A DNA stretch of 64,000 bases from a virus (lineage: Duplodnaviria; Heunggongvirae; Uroviricota; Caudoviricetes), in IMG/VR virus record IMGVR_UViG_3300013105_000002, positions 1-64,000 of that record. One strand, written 5' to 3'. Positions within the stretch are counted from its first letter, which is position 1, and the number at the start of each line of letters is the position of its first letter. A program made the translations under genes and the position numbers. Below, in pieces: positions 18,336 to 27,311 of this stretch. Below the pieces are notes generated by a model, which saw only the letters and a program-made list of their open reading frames with translations, had not been told where the DNA came from and did not search any database.

Positions 18336-18365
18336 GGGCGGCATGTGTTGACTCACATGCCGCCC
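18336..18365 (+). terminator. rho-independent terminator
   Basis: 12-bp stem gggcggcatgtg/cacatgccgccc. Confidence 0.6.
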
Positions 18366-18398
18366 TTCTGCTAGGCTAGCACCAACGACACCGAGTGA

Positions 18399-18731
18399 AT
18401 GGAGACGAACATGATGACTCTTCCGAATGGCTACCGTTGGGCTACTGAGGCTGAGACCGAGTGCTTTTGGCACGAGGCCGACAAGATCATGGTGCATGAC
18501 TCTGAATTTCCTGAGCACGCTGACGTGGCTCTCCCGACCTACCGCCCGGTGGGCTGTGATGCCGAGAATGGCAGTATCTCGTGGACCTGTGTTGACGAGT
18601 TCGGAGAGCACCCGTTCCACAACGACTGTGCCTTCATCATTCAGGGAATGAGTGACGGCTACAACCCTGACTCATACGACTGGTCTGACCACGAATACCA
18701 GAACTACATGTACGGCAGCAGCCGGTACTAA
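18399..18731 (+). CDS. hypothetical protein
   Basis: 110-aa ORF. Confidence 0.5.
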   Translation: METNMMTLPNGYRWATEAETECFWHEADKIMVHDSEFPEHADVALPTYRPVGCDAENGSISWTCVDEFGEHPFHNDCAFIIQGMSDGYNPDSYDWSDHEYQNYMYGSSRY

Positions 18732-18740
18732 GGAGAATCG

Positions 18741-18959
18741 ATGAATGAGTATGAGCGTCTTCTGGCCCGTAACACAAACCCTCCAACCACCCAGTGCCTT
18801 TTGAGCAATGCTCATGCCCCTCACGAGTGGTGGTACACATCATCGGGCGGTGGTCACATGCTATACACCATCGATGCGTCCGACCTAAACTGTGAGAAGG
18901 GTCTAAAGAAGCACAAATGCCCCGGACTTTCAGGTTGGACTTCTGATCACATGATGTGA
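18741..18959 (+). CDS. hypothetical protein
   Basis: RBS AAGGAG; 72 aa. Confidence 0.5.
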   Translation: MNEYERLLARNTNPPTTQCLLSNAHAPHEWWYTSSGGGHMLYTIDASDLNCEKGLKKHKCPGLSGWTSDHMM

Positions 18960-18998
18960 AGCCAGTTGTGCTATCATTATCTAACAGGAGGTGATGAT

Positions 18999-19172
18999 AT
19001 GGCATGGAAGCGCGAAGGTGGCGGTTACTCAAATGACACCGGCCTGCGCATCCTGAAGGTAGAAGACCCTGAAACGGGAAAGAACCTCTGGGGCGTGTTT
19101 GACCTGAACAACTCACGTGTTGGTGACCTTCACCGCACACTAAAGGATGCGAAGGCATCTGTAGACAGATAG
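18999..19172 (+). CDS. hypothetical protein
   Basis: RBS AGGAGG + ATG 18999. Confidence 0.45.
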   Translation: MAWKREGGGYSNDTGLRILKVEDPETGKNLWGVFDLNNSRVGDLHRTLKDAKASVDR

Positions 19173-19178
19173 GGCTTG

Positions 19179-19200
19179 ACACCGGCCTTCGGGCCGGTGT
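19179..19200 (+). terminator. hairpin terminator
   Basis: acaccggcc ttcg ggccggtgt. Confidence 0.5.
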
Positions 19201-19235
19201 AGGCTCGTCTCAACAGATCAAGCACAGGAGGAACA

Positions 19236-19961
19236 ATGGAATTCTACGAGGTTGGCGGGTGCGTTCGTGATGAACTGCTCGGTGTTCAGTCAAAGGACAT
19301 TGACTTCACTGTGGTTCTAGACAATGAAGACCTTATTGCTAGTGGTTCTGCAAATCCATTCAATGTGATGGTGCAGCGTCTAAACCAGATGGGCTTTGAG
19401 ATTTTCTTGAAGACTCCTGAGTTCCTGACCATTCGTGCAAAGTTTCCCAAGGGTCACGAGAATGCCAATCTTACGGCTGACTTTGTGCTTGCTCGTAAGG
19501 AAAGCGACTACACAGATGGTCGTCGTCCTGACAAGGTTGAGCCGGGTACACTTATGGATGACTTGCGGAGGCGAGATTTTACAGTCAACGCCATCGCCAA
19601 GGACTCTGAGGGAAACCTCATCGATCCGTTTAGTGGTCAGCAGGATATCAACGACCGAATTATTCGTGCCGTTGGCGACCCTTGTGACCGCTTCGAAGAG
19701 GATGCTTTGAGAATTCTACGTGCTATGCGCTTTGCCGTGACCAAGGGCTTCAAGATCGAGTATGAAACCCAGAAGGCCATGGCGGGATACGTGGAGACAG
19801 TGGCCGATGTGTCGGCAGAGCGTGTCCGTGAAGAACTGACAAAGATGTTCAACGTTGACCCCATGAGGACTATTCGTATTCTTGATGAGTTCGAAGTCTT
19901 GCACGTCATCTTCGATATGGGCATCAACTTTCAGCCGACCATGAAATCCAGAGTTAAGTAA
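19236..19961 (+). CDS. cca: tRNA nucleotidyltransferase (CCA-adding enzyme), head domain
   Basis: GGCVRDELLG...DIDF and RRDFTVNA motifs. Confidence 0.8.
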   Translation: MEFYEVGGCVRDELLGVQSKDIDFTVVLDNEDLIASGSANPFNVMVQRLNQMGFEIFLKTPEFLTIRAKFPKGHENANLTADFVLARKESDYTDGRRPDKVEPGTLMDDLRRRDFTVNAIAKDSEGNLIDPFSGQQDINDRIIRAVGDPCDRFEEDALRILRAMRFAVTKGFKIEYETQKAMAGYVETVADVSAERVREELTKMFNVDPMRTIRILDEFEVLHVIFDMGINFQPTMKSRVK

Positions 19962-19981
19962 CACCAACCACAAGGAGATAT

Positions 19982-20410
19982 ATGAACATTCAGGCAAAGC
20001 CCCTCTTCAGGGCTGCACTTCTGGCAATTCTCGTTCTCATGGGTAGCACCATGGTGAACGTTGCCCAGCCACCGGCAGCGCAGGCTGCCACGTGGTATGA
20101 CAATGTGGTGCTAGAGGGATATGGCTCAACGGCCAACGTCCGAATTCTGGCACCCACCGCCACCGTATACAAGACGATGCGTCCCAACACTTCGTCCAAT
20201 GGCTGGCCTACATTTATGCCAAACGTTGGCAGGTTCTCCATCCCTTCTGGCTACGTCGGGGTCTCTCGTTGGGGATATGGCTATAAGAGCGGTACGTGGT
20301 ACTCGTTCTCATCTAGCCATAACGATCTGTTTCTACAGGTAGAGACTGAGTATTGCTGGTTCCTGCGCTCCCAGATGGGGACTCCCTGTAAGGTTCCCAT
20401 TTCTTCGTGA
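19982..20410 (+). CDS. secreted protein
   Basis: signal peptide ...AAQA-AT. Confidence 0.5.
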   Translation: MNIQAKPLFRAALLAILVLMGSTMVNVAQPPAAQAATWYDNVVLEGYGSTANVRILAPTATVYKTMRPNTSSNGWPTFMPNVGRFSIPSGYVGVSRWGYGYKSGTWYSFSSSHNDLFLQVETEYCWFLRSQMGTPCKVPISS

Positions 20411-20595
20411 AAAAGGTCAGGGTCAACAGCAGTATCCTCGCGGCTCGCAAGACATTCGACGGTTCGTTGGATGCACTTGTGGGCCGCGAGGGTGTTGTGG
20501 TAGAGTACAACGGTAGATACAAGATGGTGCGGCTGGACGACGGTGGCACCTTTCCCTTTGAGAGTCATGAGTTGACGGAGGTTCCAAATGTCTAA
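20407..20595 (+). CDS. hypothetical protein
   Basis: 62-aa ORF, GTGA overlap. Confidence 0.4.
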   Translation: MKKVRVNSSILAARKTFDGSLDALVGREGVVVEYNGRYKMVRLDDGGTFPFESHELTEVPNV

Positions 20596-21028
20596 CTTTC
20601 CACGTAAGTTCAAGATCGGTGATCGTGTCAGGCCCATCGATGGTAGGTTCGTTGCGAGTTCTGAGGTTGGCACGGTCAATTCCTATGGAGACAACAAGAA
20701 CCGCTCGTCTTACAATCCAAATACGTACCTTGTGGTGTGGGACGGTGGCACTGCCAACACCGAAATGCACGAAGACTTCATTGAGAAGGCTTCGGAAGGC
20801 GTTCCTATCAAGGTAACCATCCTCGGTACAAACGGCGGCTTTTCTACCTATCCTGAAAAGACTGATCTGATCGAAGACCTTGTGTCTATGAAGATTCTGT
20901 ATCATGTCAAGACGACTGTGCACGACGACTACGTTGTCAACACGTATGCCAAGGCTTTTAGCGGATACTCGGTTGAGGACAAGCGCACCAAAGCCTCCCT
21001 GTTTGAGCAGTACCCGCAGGAGGTCTGA
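20588..21028 (+). CDS. hypothetical protein
   Basis: 146-aa ORF. Confidence 0.5.
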   Translation: MSNFPRKFKIGDRVRPIDGRFVASSEVGTVNSYGDNKNRSSYNPNTYLVVWDGGTANTEMHEDFIEKASEGVPIKVTILGTNGGFSTYPEKTDLIEDLVSMKILYHVKTTVHDDYVVNTYAKAFSGYSVEDKRTKASLFEQYPQEV

Positions 21029-21204
21029 TGAAGGATCGTTACGAGATTTTCAGCCAGCCGAAGACGCGCACGCGCCGGTACTGGTTCAAGGATCAGGAAG
21101 TCACTCCTGAGTTCGCCAAGGAACTTCAGGCACTAGGAGTAAACAAGATACACAGCCAGCGTGATGACGACTGGTTCTGGGACACATGGAAGGAACGAGC
21201 ATAA
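21028..21204 (+). CDS. hypothetical protein (58 aa)
   Basis: strong RBS AGGAGG before ATG 21028; below track cutoff. Confidence 0.4.
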   Translation: MKDRYEIFSQPKTRTRRYWFKDQEVTPEFAKELQALGVNKIHSQRDDDWFWDTWKERA

Positions 21205-21488
21205 TGTGGATTCAATTCAATCTCGTCAGTGGTAAGACAGCAAGCACCGAAGATATCTCGATTGAGTTCTTCGACGCTCAGGTTCAGGAGGCTGGTGCCA
21301 CTGAGCGTGACGCAAAAGACTCAATCGCTGGTTTAATCTCTCTGGTTTGGGATTTCCCCAAGTCGGCGTACGTTCGGATTGGGCACCGCATCTACAACCC
21401 TTCCGCCATCGAGAGCGCACAGGTAATGGATTATGAAGACTTCGCAGAAAGGTTCCCCGATCTAAATTGGCCTCACCTGCAAGACTAG
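21204..21488 (+). CDS. hypothetical protein
   Basis: TAATG overlap start. Confidence 0.45.
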   Translation: MWIQFNLVSGKTASTEDISIEFFDAQVQEAGATERDAKDSIAGLISLVWDFPKSAYVRIGHRIYNPSAIESAQVMDYEDFAERFPDLNWPHLQD

Positions 21489-21520
21489 TAATCCCTGAGT
21501 TCAAGGGGGAGGATTATTTC

Positions 21521-21997
21521 ATGAGCAACTTCTACGCTCATGAACAGCATTTCAGGACAGCGGACAAGCCTTTGCGCATGCCTACCGCCGAGCATGTCTT
21601 TCAGGCTGCAAAGTACAAGGCACTTGATGCGGACGAGGATGCCAAGGTAGCGTACGTGGTGAAGGTTGCAGCAGCAAAGACACCCACAGAGGCTCGTAAA
21701 TTGGGCAAGTCTGTCAAGGGTCTGGACATTCAAGCATGGGATGACATGAAAATTGAGGTCATGCGAGAGATTCTGCTCAGCAAGTTCTCTGACCCTGACC
21801 TAGAGGCTAGACTTCTAGGTACTGGTGATGCTATGTTGGTTGAAGGCAACACGTGGGGTGACACGTTCTGGGGCCGGTGCGACAAGAAGGGTTACAACAT
21901 TCTTGGTGTACTGCTCATGGAACTAAGAGGCTACTTCCGACTGTGCAACAACAAGTGGCCGGTAATGACTAGGGATATTCAACTACCACCGTACTAG
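21521..21997 (+). CDS. NADAR (YbiA-like) domain protein
   Basis: RBS GGGGAGG + ATG 21521; MSNFY, NTWGDTFWG, NILGVLLMELR motifs (alternative TTG start 21467). Confidence 0.7.
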   Translation: MSNFYAHEQHFRTADKPLRMPTAEHVFQAAKYKALDADEDAKVAYVVKVAAAKTPTEARKLGKSVKGLDIQAWDDMKIEVMREILLSKFSDPDLEARLLGTGDAMLVEGNTWGDTFWGRCDKKGYNILGVLLMELRGYFRLCNNKWPVMTRDIQLPPY

Positions 21998-22004
21998 GAG
22001 AATC

Positions 22005-22214
22005 ATGGCATATCGTGATATCAGCCCCGGCGCTGTTCAAGAATACTGGACCGTTGCCCTCGTTCGTAATGACAGGAGCGCACAAGAAGTTCACTTCGGA
22101 GTCTTTGCTCAGAGCGATGCTCGCGAGGCATTGAATTCTGGAATGGTCAAGTGTCTTGATGACGAGCACCTAGAACTACGACGCATCCGAGCATTTCCGA
22201 AGGAGAAGAGGTAA
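22005..22214 (+). CDS. hypothetical protein
   Basis: RBS AGGAGA; 69 aa. Confidence 0.5.
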   Translation: MAYRDISPGAVQEYWTVALVRNDRSAQEVHFGVFAQSDAREALNSGMVKCLDDEHLELRRIRAFPKEKR

Positions 22215-22218
22215 AAAT

Positions 22219-22647
22219 ATGGGTAAGCGAGCAAAGTTGAGCCAGATTCGCGTTGGCCAACTGGTAAAGATCAGCGAGCAGTACGTCAACAGCGATGCGC
22301 CTGATCCAGAGTACAAGTTTGTCGAGACATTCGTGTGGTTCGGTCGAGTTAACGCTGTCAATGTGGACAACGAGACAATTTCTCTCAATCGTGGTGGCAG
22401 TCTACTGGACTTCGTGGTTTCCATCGTTTCCGGTCACCGTTTGGAAATTCTTGAAGACTCCCCCTTCAACATGAGGCCCGGTTACTACCGTTACCACCAC
22501 GCCAAGCAGGGTGTTACGGCAATCGTGCACTTCGATGGTCACCACTTTGGTCATTCCGACATGAGCGACCACAAGCGTGCGCTTGACTACTTCGGCTTCG
22601 ACCCGGTACAGTGTGACACGTTGTTTGAGCGAATCACCCAGTCCTGA
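22219..22647 (+). CDS. hypothetical protein
   Basis: RBS AAGGAG; 142 aa. Confidence 0.5.
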   Translation: MGKRAKLSQIRVGQLVKISEQYVNSDAPDPEYKFVETFVWFGRVNAVNVDNETISLNRGGSLLDFVVSIVSGHRLEILEDSPFNMRPGYYRYHHAKQGVTAIVHFDGHHFGHSDMSDHKRALDYFGFDPVQCDTLFERITQS

Positions 22648-22741
22648 GAAAGTCTTTGAGAAGGGCTTGACAGGCGGTTGACGAGCGTGTAGTGTTGGTC
22701 TTGTTGGAGGGAATGGCCCTCCTGAACTAAGGAGAATGACT

Positions 22742-23707
22742 ATGGCTTCCAAGAAGTACGCAGTGGCTTACCGTCAGGATGGCGGTCGTCCGTGGATGGG
22801 CCTTCCGGGTGTCACCACTTCTGGTGGCGACCTTCAGACCATGTTCAAGAACGCCGGTCTGGCTGACTGGAACATGCAGAAGCGTCTCATCGACACCGGG
22901 GCCTTCACCGACTCGCCCGATTTCGAAATCGTGCGTGATAACCCTGCCGAGGGTGGACGCTTGGAGCGTCTGCACGTGTCCAAGGAGCGGTACGAACTGT
23001 ACCCCAACGAGAACGTGCTGGCCTTCGTGGACAACGTGGCTTTCGGCAATCTGGAAGCCGATGCCATGGGCACGCTCAACAACGGTCGCAAGGTCTTCAT
23101 GTCCTTCAAGGTCGGTGACGACGTGGAGGTCAAGGGCACGGACGACAAGATCGCCACGTACCTGCACGTCCGCACCTCGCACGACGGCTCGTGGGCCTTC
23201 GGTACCTACTCCGGTCAGTACCGTCTCGCCTGCCAGAACCAGTTGACCTCCATCAAGGCAAACGCGATTTCCTCATTCACCATCCGTCACACCAAGACCA
23301 TGGAGGGTCGTGTGGAGGATGCCCGCGTTGCTCTCGGTCTCTCGATCAAGCAGTCCGACCTGTTCCTCACGGACATGGCCGTGCTGGCTGACTCCAAGAT
23401 GACGGATTCCAAGTTCTGGGCTCTCGTCAAGGACATTTACCCTGAGCCCCAGAAGGACGTGAAGGGTTCCAAGGCCAAGTGGGAAAGCAAGACGGACACC
23501 ATCATGGGTCTGTGGAACGGTCCCACTGTCGCCAACCTTGACAAGAACGCGTACCGTGCCTACAACGCGCTGAACGAGGAACTGATGTGGTACGCTACGG
23601 TCCGTGCCGGAAACGTGGAGAACGCTCTGGCTCGCACCACTGGCTTCGATGCCACCACGCAGCGCCACAACGTGGACCTTTACCGTAAGGTTCTGGCTGC
23701 TGCCTGA
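22742..23707 (+). CDS. DUF932-like protein
   Basis: RBS AAGGAG + ATG 22742; VRTSHDGSWAF motif; GC-rich island. Confidence 0.6.
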   Translation: MASKKYAVAYRQDGGRPWMGLPGVTTSGGDLQTMFKNAGLADWNMQKRLIDTGAFTDSPDFEIVRDNPAEGGRLERLHVSKERYELYPNENVLAFVDNVAFGNLEADAMGTLNNGRKVFMSFKVGDDVEVKGTDDKIATYLHVRTSHDGSWAFGTYSGQYRLACQNQLTSIKANAISSFTIRHTKTMEGRVEDARVALGLSIKQSDLFLTDMAVLADSKMTDSKFWALVKDIYPEPQKDVKGSKAKWESKTDTIMGLWNGPTVANLDKNAYRAYNALNEELMWYATVRAGNVENALARTTGFDATTQRHNVDLYRKVLAAA

Positions 23708-23718
23708 TCCATCGTAAA

Positions 23719-23746
23719 AGGGCGGGGTGTGGAAACGCACCCCGCC
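23719..23746 (+). terminator. hairpin terminator preceded by ATCGTAAA motif
   Basis: stem gggcggggtg/caccccgccc. Confidence 0.55.
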
Positions 23747-23768
23747 CCACCTGTCTCTAGGAGATTAA

Positions 23769-24008
23769 ATGGCAACCATGAACGTGTTCACGAGAGCAGC
23801 CCACGAGCGTGTTGAGGTCATCGATGATGAGCAGCGCTTGGCTGTGGTACTCAATGTTTACAACATCAACAAGGGTATGGAGGGCAACTACGTCCTCCCC
23901 CACGAAGACCGAGCATCGTTTGATGGTCGGATCACTGAAATCGGTATCGGCCTGAGCACTCGTCACTTTGTGCTTCAGGACACATACGAAGTCGAACTGG
24001 ACGATTAG
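23769..24008 (+). CDS. hypothetical protein
   Basis: RBS AGGAGA; 79 aa. Confidence 0.5.
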   Translation: MATMNVFTRAAHERVEVIDDEQRLAVVLNVYNINKGMEGNYVLPHEDRASFDGRITEIGIGLSTRHFVLQDTYEVELDD

Positions 24009-24019
24009 GAGAAATTGAT

Positions 24020-24259
24020 ATGAAGAAGTTTGCAATGCCTTTCGTGGCCGGTATGCTGGTCACTGCTCTCGCTGCTTGTGGTGGCACCTTTGACGGAACC
24101 TCGCAGAACAAGACCGCCAGCGGAGAGGTTCGCAAGGTCATTGTCCAGTATGATGGAAAGCCTCTGACCTGTGTGCAGTTCGACCCCTCCACCAATGCCA
24201 GTTCTTATTCTTGTGACTTCGTGAAGTACCACGCTGAGAACCAGAATGTCAATTCCTGA
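24020..24259 (+). CDS. lipoprotein
   Basis: signal peptide with lipobox LAAC. Confidence 0.55.
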   Translation: MKKFAMPFVAGMLVTALAACGGTFDGTSQNKTASGEVRKVIVQYDGKPLTCVQFDPSTNASSYSCDFVKYHAENQNVNS

Positions 24260-25043
24260 GTACATCATAGAGAGGCAGGCATGGAGGCTTGCCAACCTGC
24301 CAACCAGTGAGTACACTCCGTACTGTGACATTGACTGTCAGGAAATGGTCTCAGACCAGAGTCTGAAGTCTGTCAGACACATGCACTCACCAGCCACCAA
24401 AGAGCGTCTTGGACACATAAAGGACGTGCTCTCAGACCGAAGGGGTAAAATGCCACGAGTCACCCGCGCTGACCTTGATGAGAAGATCAAGGAAATGCGC
24501 GAGAAGAGCGGCGAACTCATGTCTAGCAATCTTGCCACACTGGAAGCCATCGACAAGGCCGAAGCAGACATGAAGGCAGTCAAGGCAAAGGCGGCACTCG
24601 ATGCCGTTCGTAAGCACCAGTACAGCAAGGCTGGCGAGAAAAAGGCGGCAGAGGTGGCGGTGCGTCCAGACAACGTGCCCACCCAGTTCGTAAATTACAA
24701 GCGCCCTGTGGCCTCTCCAAAGATGGAGGTTCAGGTGCCCTACACCACGGATGGAGGCACTGTCTTGCCTGATCTACCCAAGCACGAATGCGAATTCCCC
24801 TCGGTCATCGAGACCAAGGCTGGTAAGTTCTCAGCCTCACACTCAAACGACAAGCACGATGAGGTGCTGGTTGCAGACAACACGATTTTCAAGTGCATCT
24901 GTGGTAAGGCATGGTACGTGCGTGTTCGTAATGTGCCATTCCACGCTGCTGACTACAAGGGCCAGAAGACATTCAAGTGGTACGAGATTCACTGGTACAA
25001 CTTTGCTCGTCGGATGGACCTCAACAAGAGGGAGGCAAAGTAA
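24246..25043 (+). CDS. hypothetical protein
   Basis: 265-aa ORF. Confidence 0.5.
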   Translation: MSIPEYIIERQAWRLANLPTSEYTPYCDIDCQEMVSDQSLKSVRHMHSPATKERLGHIKDVLSDRRGKMPRVTRADLDEKIKEMREKSGELMSSNLATLEAIDKAEADMKAVKAKAALDAVRKHQYSKAGEKKAAEVAVRPDNVPTQFVNYKRPVASPKMEVQVPYTTDGGTVLPDLPKHECEFPSVIETKAGKFSASHSNDKHDEVLVADNTIFKCICGKAWYVRVRNVPFHAADYKGQKTFKWYEIHWYNFARRMDLNKREAK

Positions 25044-25453
25044 TGGAGGTATTCCTGTTCTTCGTAATCGTCCTTACGTGTATGGCGGTTGTGAAAATCT
25101 GGAACGAACTCGTGGAGAAGCGTGTGCCCGGTGGCGTGTTCACCAAGGGCAAGCAAGAGCCCGATGTGACTTTTGTTCCACAGTCTGAGGACGAGGAAGC
25201 ATACGTGCCATCAGCGGGCGGTAGGTATGAGGTACGCATGCACCCATGGTCACCTGACTATTCTTCAGAGTTTCGCACTCACGTCAAGTGGATGGTCAAG
25301 GATTTGTCCAAGGGTCAGGTGAGGCAGGGTCACGTCAGGACCGATGCACCTCTCTCCAAGGCAGTTGAGCAGGCAAAGGCTGAGGCTCAGGCTGCTGTCA
25401 GGAGTATGAAGGAAGCCGAGAAGTTCGCTGACGTTCGATACACTTTGGACTAA
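25043..25453 (+). CDS. membrane-anchored protein
   Basis: RBS GGGAGG + TAATG overlap; N-terminal TM. Confidence 0.5.
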   Translation: MEVFLFFVIVLTCMAVVKIWNELVEKRVPGGVFTKGKQEPDVTFVPQSEDEEAYVPSAGGRYEVRMHPWSPDYSSEFRTHVKWMVKDLSKGQVRQGHVRTDAPLSKAVEQAKAEAQAAVRSMKEAEKFADVRYTLD

Positions 25454-25685
25454 TTCGGGTGTGTATGGTCCCCATCGTAAAGGGCGGTGGGGATCAACCA
25501 CTTGGCTTGATTTGGACCAGATGAAGGCTCAGCCTTCAGTCGCCAGATGGCTTTCTAACGGCCTTGAAAATAGAACAGTGCATCGACAGACCCTAGGCAC
25601 TCGTGCTTATTTTAGCGGGGGTGTGCAGCAGGGTGTACAATGGATATAGGGGCATAGCCCTAGTTCATCGTAAAGGAATGAGAGC

Positions 25686-25814
25686 ATGAAAACAGCACTC
25701 AGAATCGTCGGCGGTATGTGGGCGGTGGCTGTGTCAATCAATGCCATCGTGTCCTTGGTAGAGTATCAGACAGGAAGTCCGAATACTCTGAAGTGGGCAA
25801 GACCATGGAGTTGA
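25686..25814 (+). CDS. small membrane peptide (42 aa)
   Basis: RBS AAGGAA; hydrophobic. Confidence 0.3.
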   Translation: MKTALRIVGGMWAVAVSINAIVSLVEYQTGSPNTLKWARPWS

Positions 25815-25847
25815 TTGAAAAGATGAACTTGTGGTACGGTCTGGAAT

Positions 25848-26060
25848 ATGATCGAGAAGGCTATGAAGAAGAATACGAATATGAAGACGCAGGAAGAACT
25901 GCTAGAGGAACTTCTAGAAGAGGCAAGACAGGCGCGCCGGTACGCAGAAGAACTACGCAACTCATCAACAAGAATCATCGAACTGATTAGTACAGTGTTT
26001 GAAGACGTTGAAGAGGCCGGTGAGTCGACTGACCCCTCATACAACACCAAAGAAGAGTAA
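25848..26060 (+). CDS. hypothetical coiled-coil acidic protein
   Basis: better third-position GC than overlapping 25805-25990 frame. Confidence 0.35.
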   Translation: MIEKAMKKNTNMKTQEELLEELLEEARQARRYAEELRNSSTRIIELISTVFEDVEEAGESTDPSYNTKEE

Positions 26061-26390
26061 AAAGACATAGTATAGGTATAGAAAACAAAGGTCTAGAGGT
26101 ACAAATGGATACTTCCTTGTACATAACTTGGGACAAAGGCTGAAAAAGAAGGGCCTAGTCGAAGAACAAGCATATTGCTATGAAATGGCGACACCCCATA
26201 TGAAGGCTTTTTAGCGCTAAAATGATGAATAAATCTGCTTTATTGGACCAAAATGAGCCAAAAAGCAGAGATTCGGGCTACAAAATGGCCCAATCGTAAT
26301 GGCTACAGGAAAATTCGGGCTATTTGGGCCTCCATCGTAAAGGGGCCTTCCGATGTGAGAATGGTTTTCATTATTTGAATCCCCAAAGAG

Positions 26391-26445
26391 ATACCCCGGG
26401 GGTATGGTGTTTTCTATACTCTTCTTTGGTATACACTGGGGGTAT
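26391..26445 (+). repeat. two operator-type palindromes without promoter (ATACCCCGGGGGTAT 26391-26405; ATACACTGGGGGTAT 26431-26445)
   Basis: same ATACCC-N-GGGTAT family as downstream array. Confidence 0.6.
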
Positions 26446-26462
26446 ACACCTACCGGCGATAG

Positions 26463-26514
26463 ATACCCCGAAGGGTATCTATGGACTTGACACGTCTTTA
26501 CAGACTGATAGTCT
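26463..26514 (+). promoter_or_regulatory. operator + promoter P1 (leaderless gene 26521)
   Basis: op 26463-26478; -35 TTGACA 26487-26492; -10 TAGTCT 26509-26514; ATG 6 nt downstream. Confidence 0.6.
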
Positions 26515-26520
26515 TCTCTC

Positions 26521-27102
26521 ATGACAACAAACACCACGCCCCACACGAACCACATCCTTGCGGCATACCTGCGAGCATCCGAGGACGACCGTGCCTTTGG
26601 TATCGCTTGGTACCCCGCCGCTCGTGCCCTTGCTGAGAATCTTCTACCTGAGGACGTGAGCACCGCCGCAGGTGTTCTTGCTGCCATGTCTCCCATGACG
26701 TCATGGCCCGAGAACGTCAAGCGCGCGACTGTCGCCATCATGGGTGGCAAGGTCTCGCACACTGGCCCGAACGTTGACAAGGTTCTGCGCATCCTGTCCG
26801 GTGAGCACCCGCTCGACGTGCTGTCCGGTCCCAAGACTCGCGCGTTCTACCTCAACATCATGGGAATCGACAGTGACGAGACGGTCACTGTGGACAGACA
26901 CGCTATCGACGTGGCATGCGGTAATGTCCTCTCGGACTCCGACCGTGCCGGTGCCATCCGTGGCAAGGCAGGCTATGGTAAGGTCGCCGGTATGTACCGT
27001 GAGGCTGCAAGCGTTATCGGAATCACCCCGTGTGCCCTACAGGCCGTTGTTTGGGTGTACTGGCGGCGAAACGTTGCTCAGGCTTTCCACGGTGACGCGT
27101 GA
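26521..27102 (+). CDS. hypothetical protein
   Basis: 193-aa GC-rich ORF. Confidence 0.55.
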   Translation: MTTNTTPHTNHILAAYLRASEDDRAFGIAWYPAARALAENLLPEDVSTAAGVLAAMSPMTSWPENVKRATVAIMGGKVSHTGPNVDKVLRILSGEHPLDVLSGPKTRAFYLNIMGIDSDETVTVDRHAIDVACGNVLSDSDRAGAIRGKAGYGKVAGMYREAASVIGITPCALQAVVWVYWRRNVAQAFHGDA

Positions 27103-27234
27103 GGCTTGACACAAAAATCATTGCGGGGCTAGTGATCATGCTTGCCACTAGCCCCGTATGGTTTCCCATAGCGGTATTTTTCTACCTACTAGCACAGTGA
27201 GGTAGGTGGGCGCAAGCCCACCGGCCTTACATTT

Positions 27235-27305
27235 GTACCCCGAGGGTATTAGATACACCGGGGGTATGTGTAGGGCTTGACGCCCGGTAGGTACTCGGGT
27301 AATGT
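27235..27305 (+). promoter_or_regulatory. two operators + promoter P2 (drives ORF-less transcript)
   Basis: ops 27235-27249, 27253-27267; -35 TTGACG 27277-27282; -10 TAATGT 27300-27305. Confidence 0.55.
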
Positions 27306-27311
27306 TGTCCT

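Noticed and set aside
25805-25990. Alternative frame (MELIEKMNLWYG...) overlapping 25848-26060
   Set aside because: Its third-codon positions are AT-rich, unlike genome coding regions. The other frame was kept, but both are low confidence.
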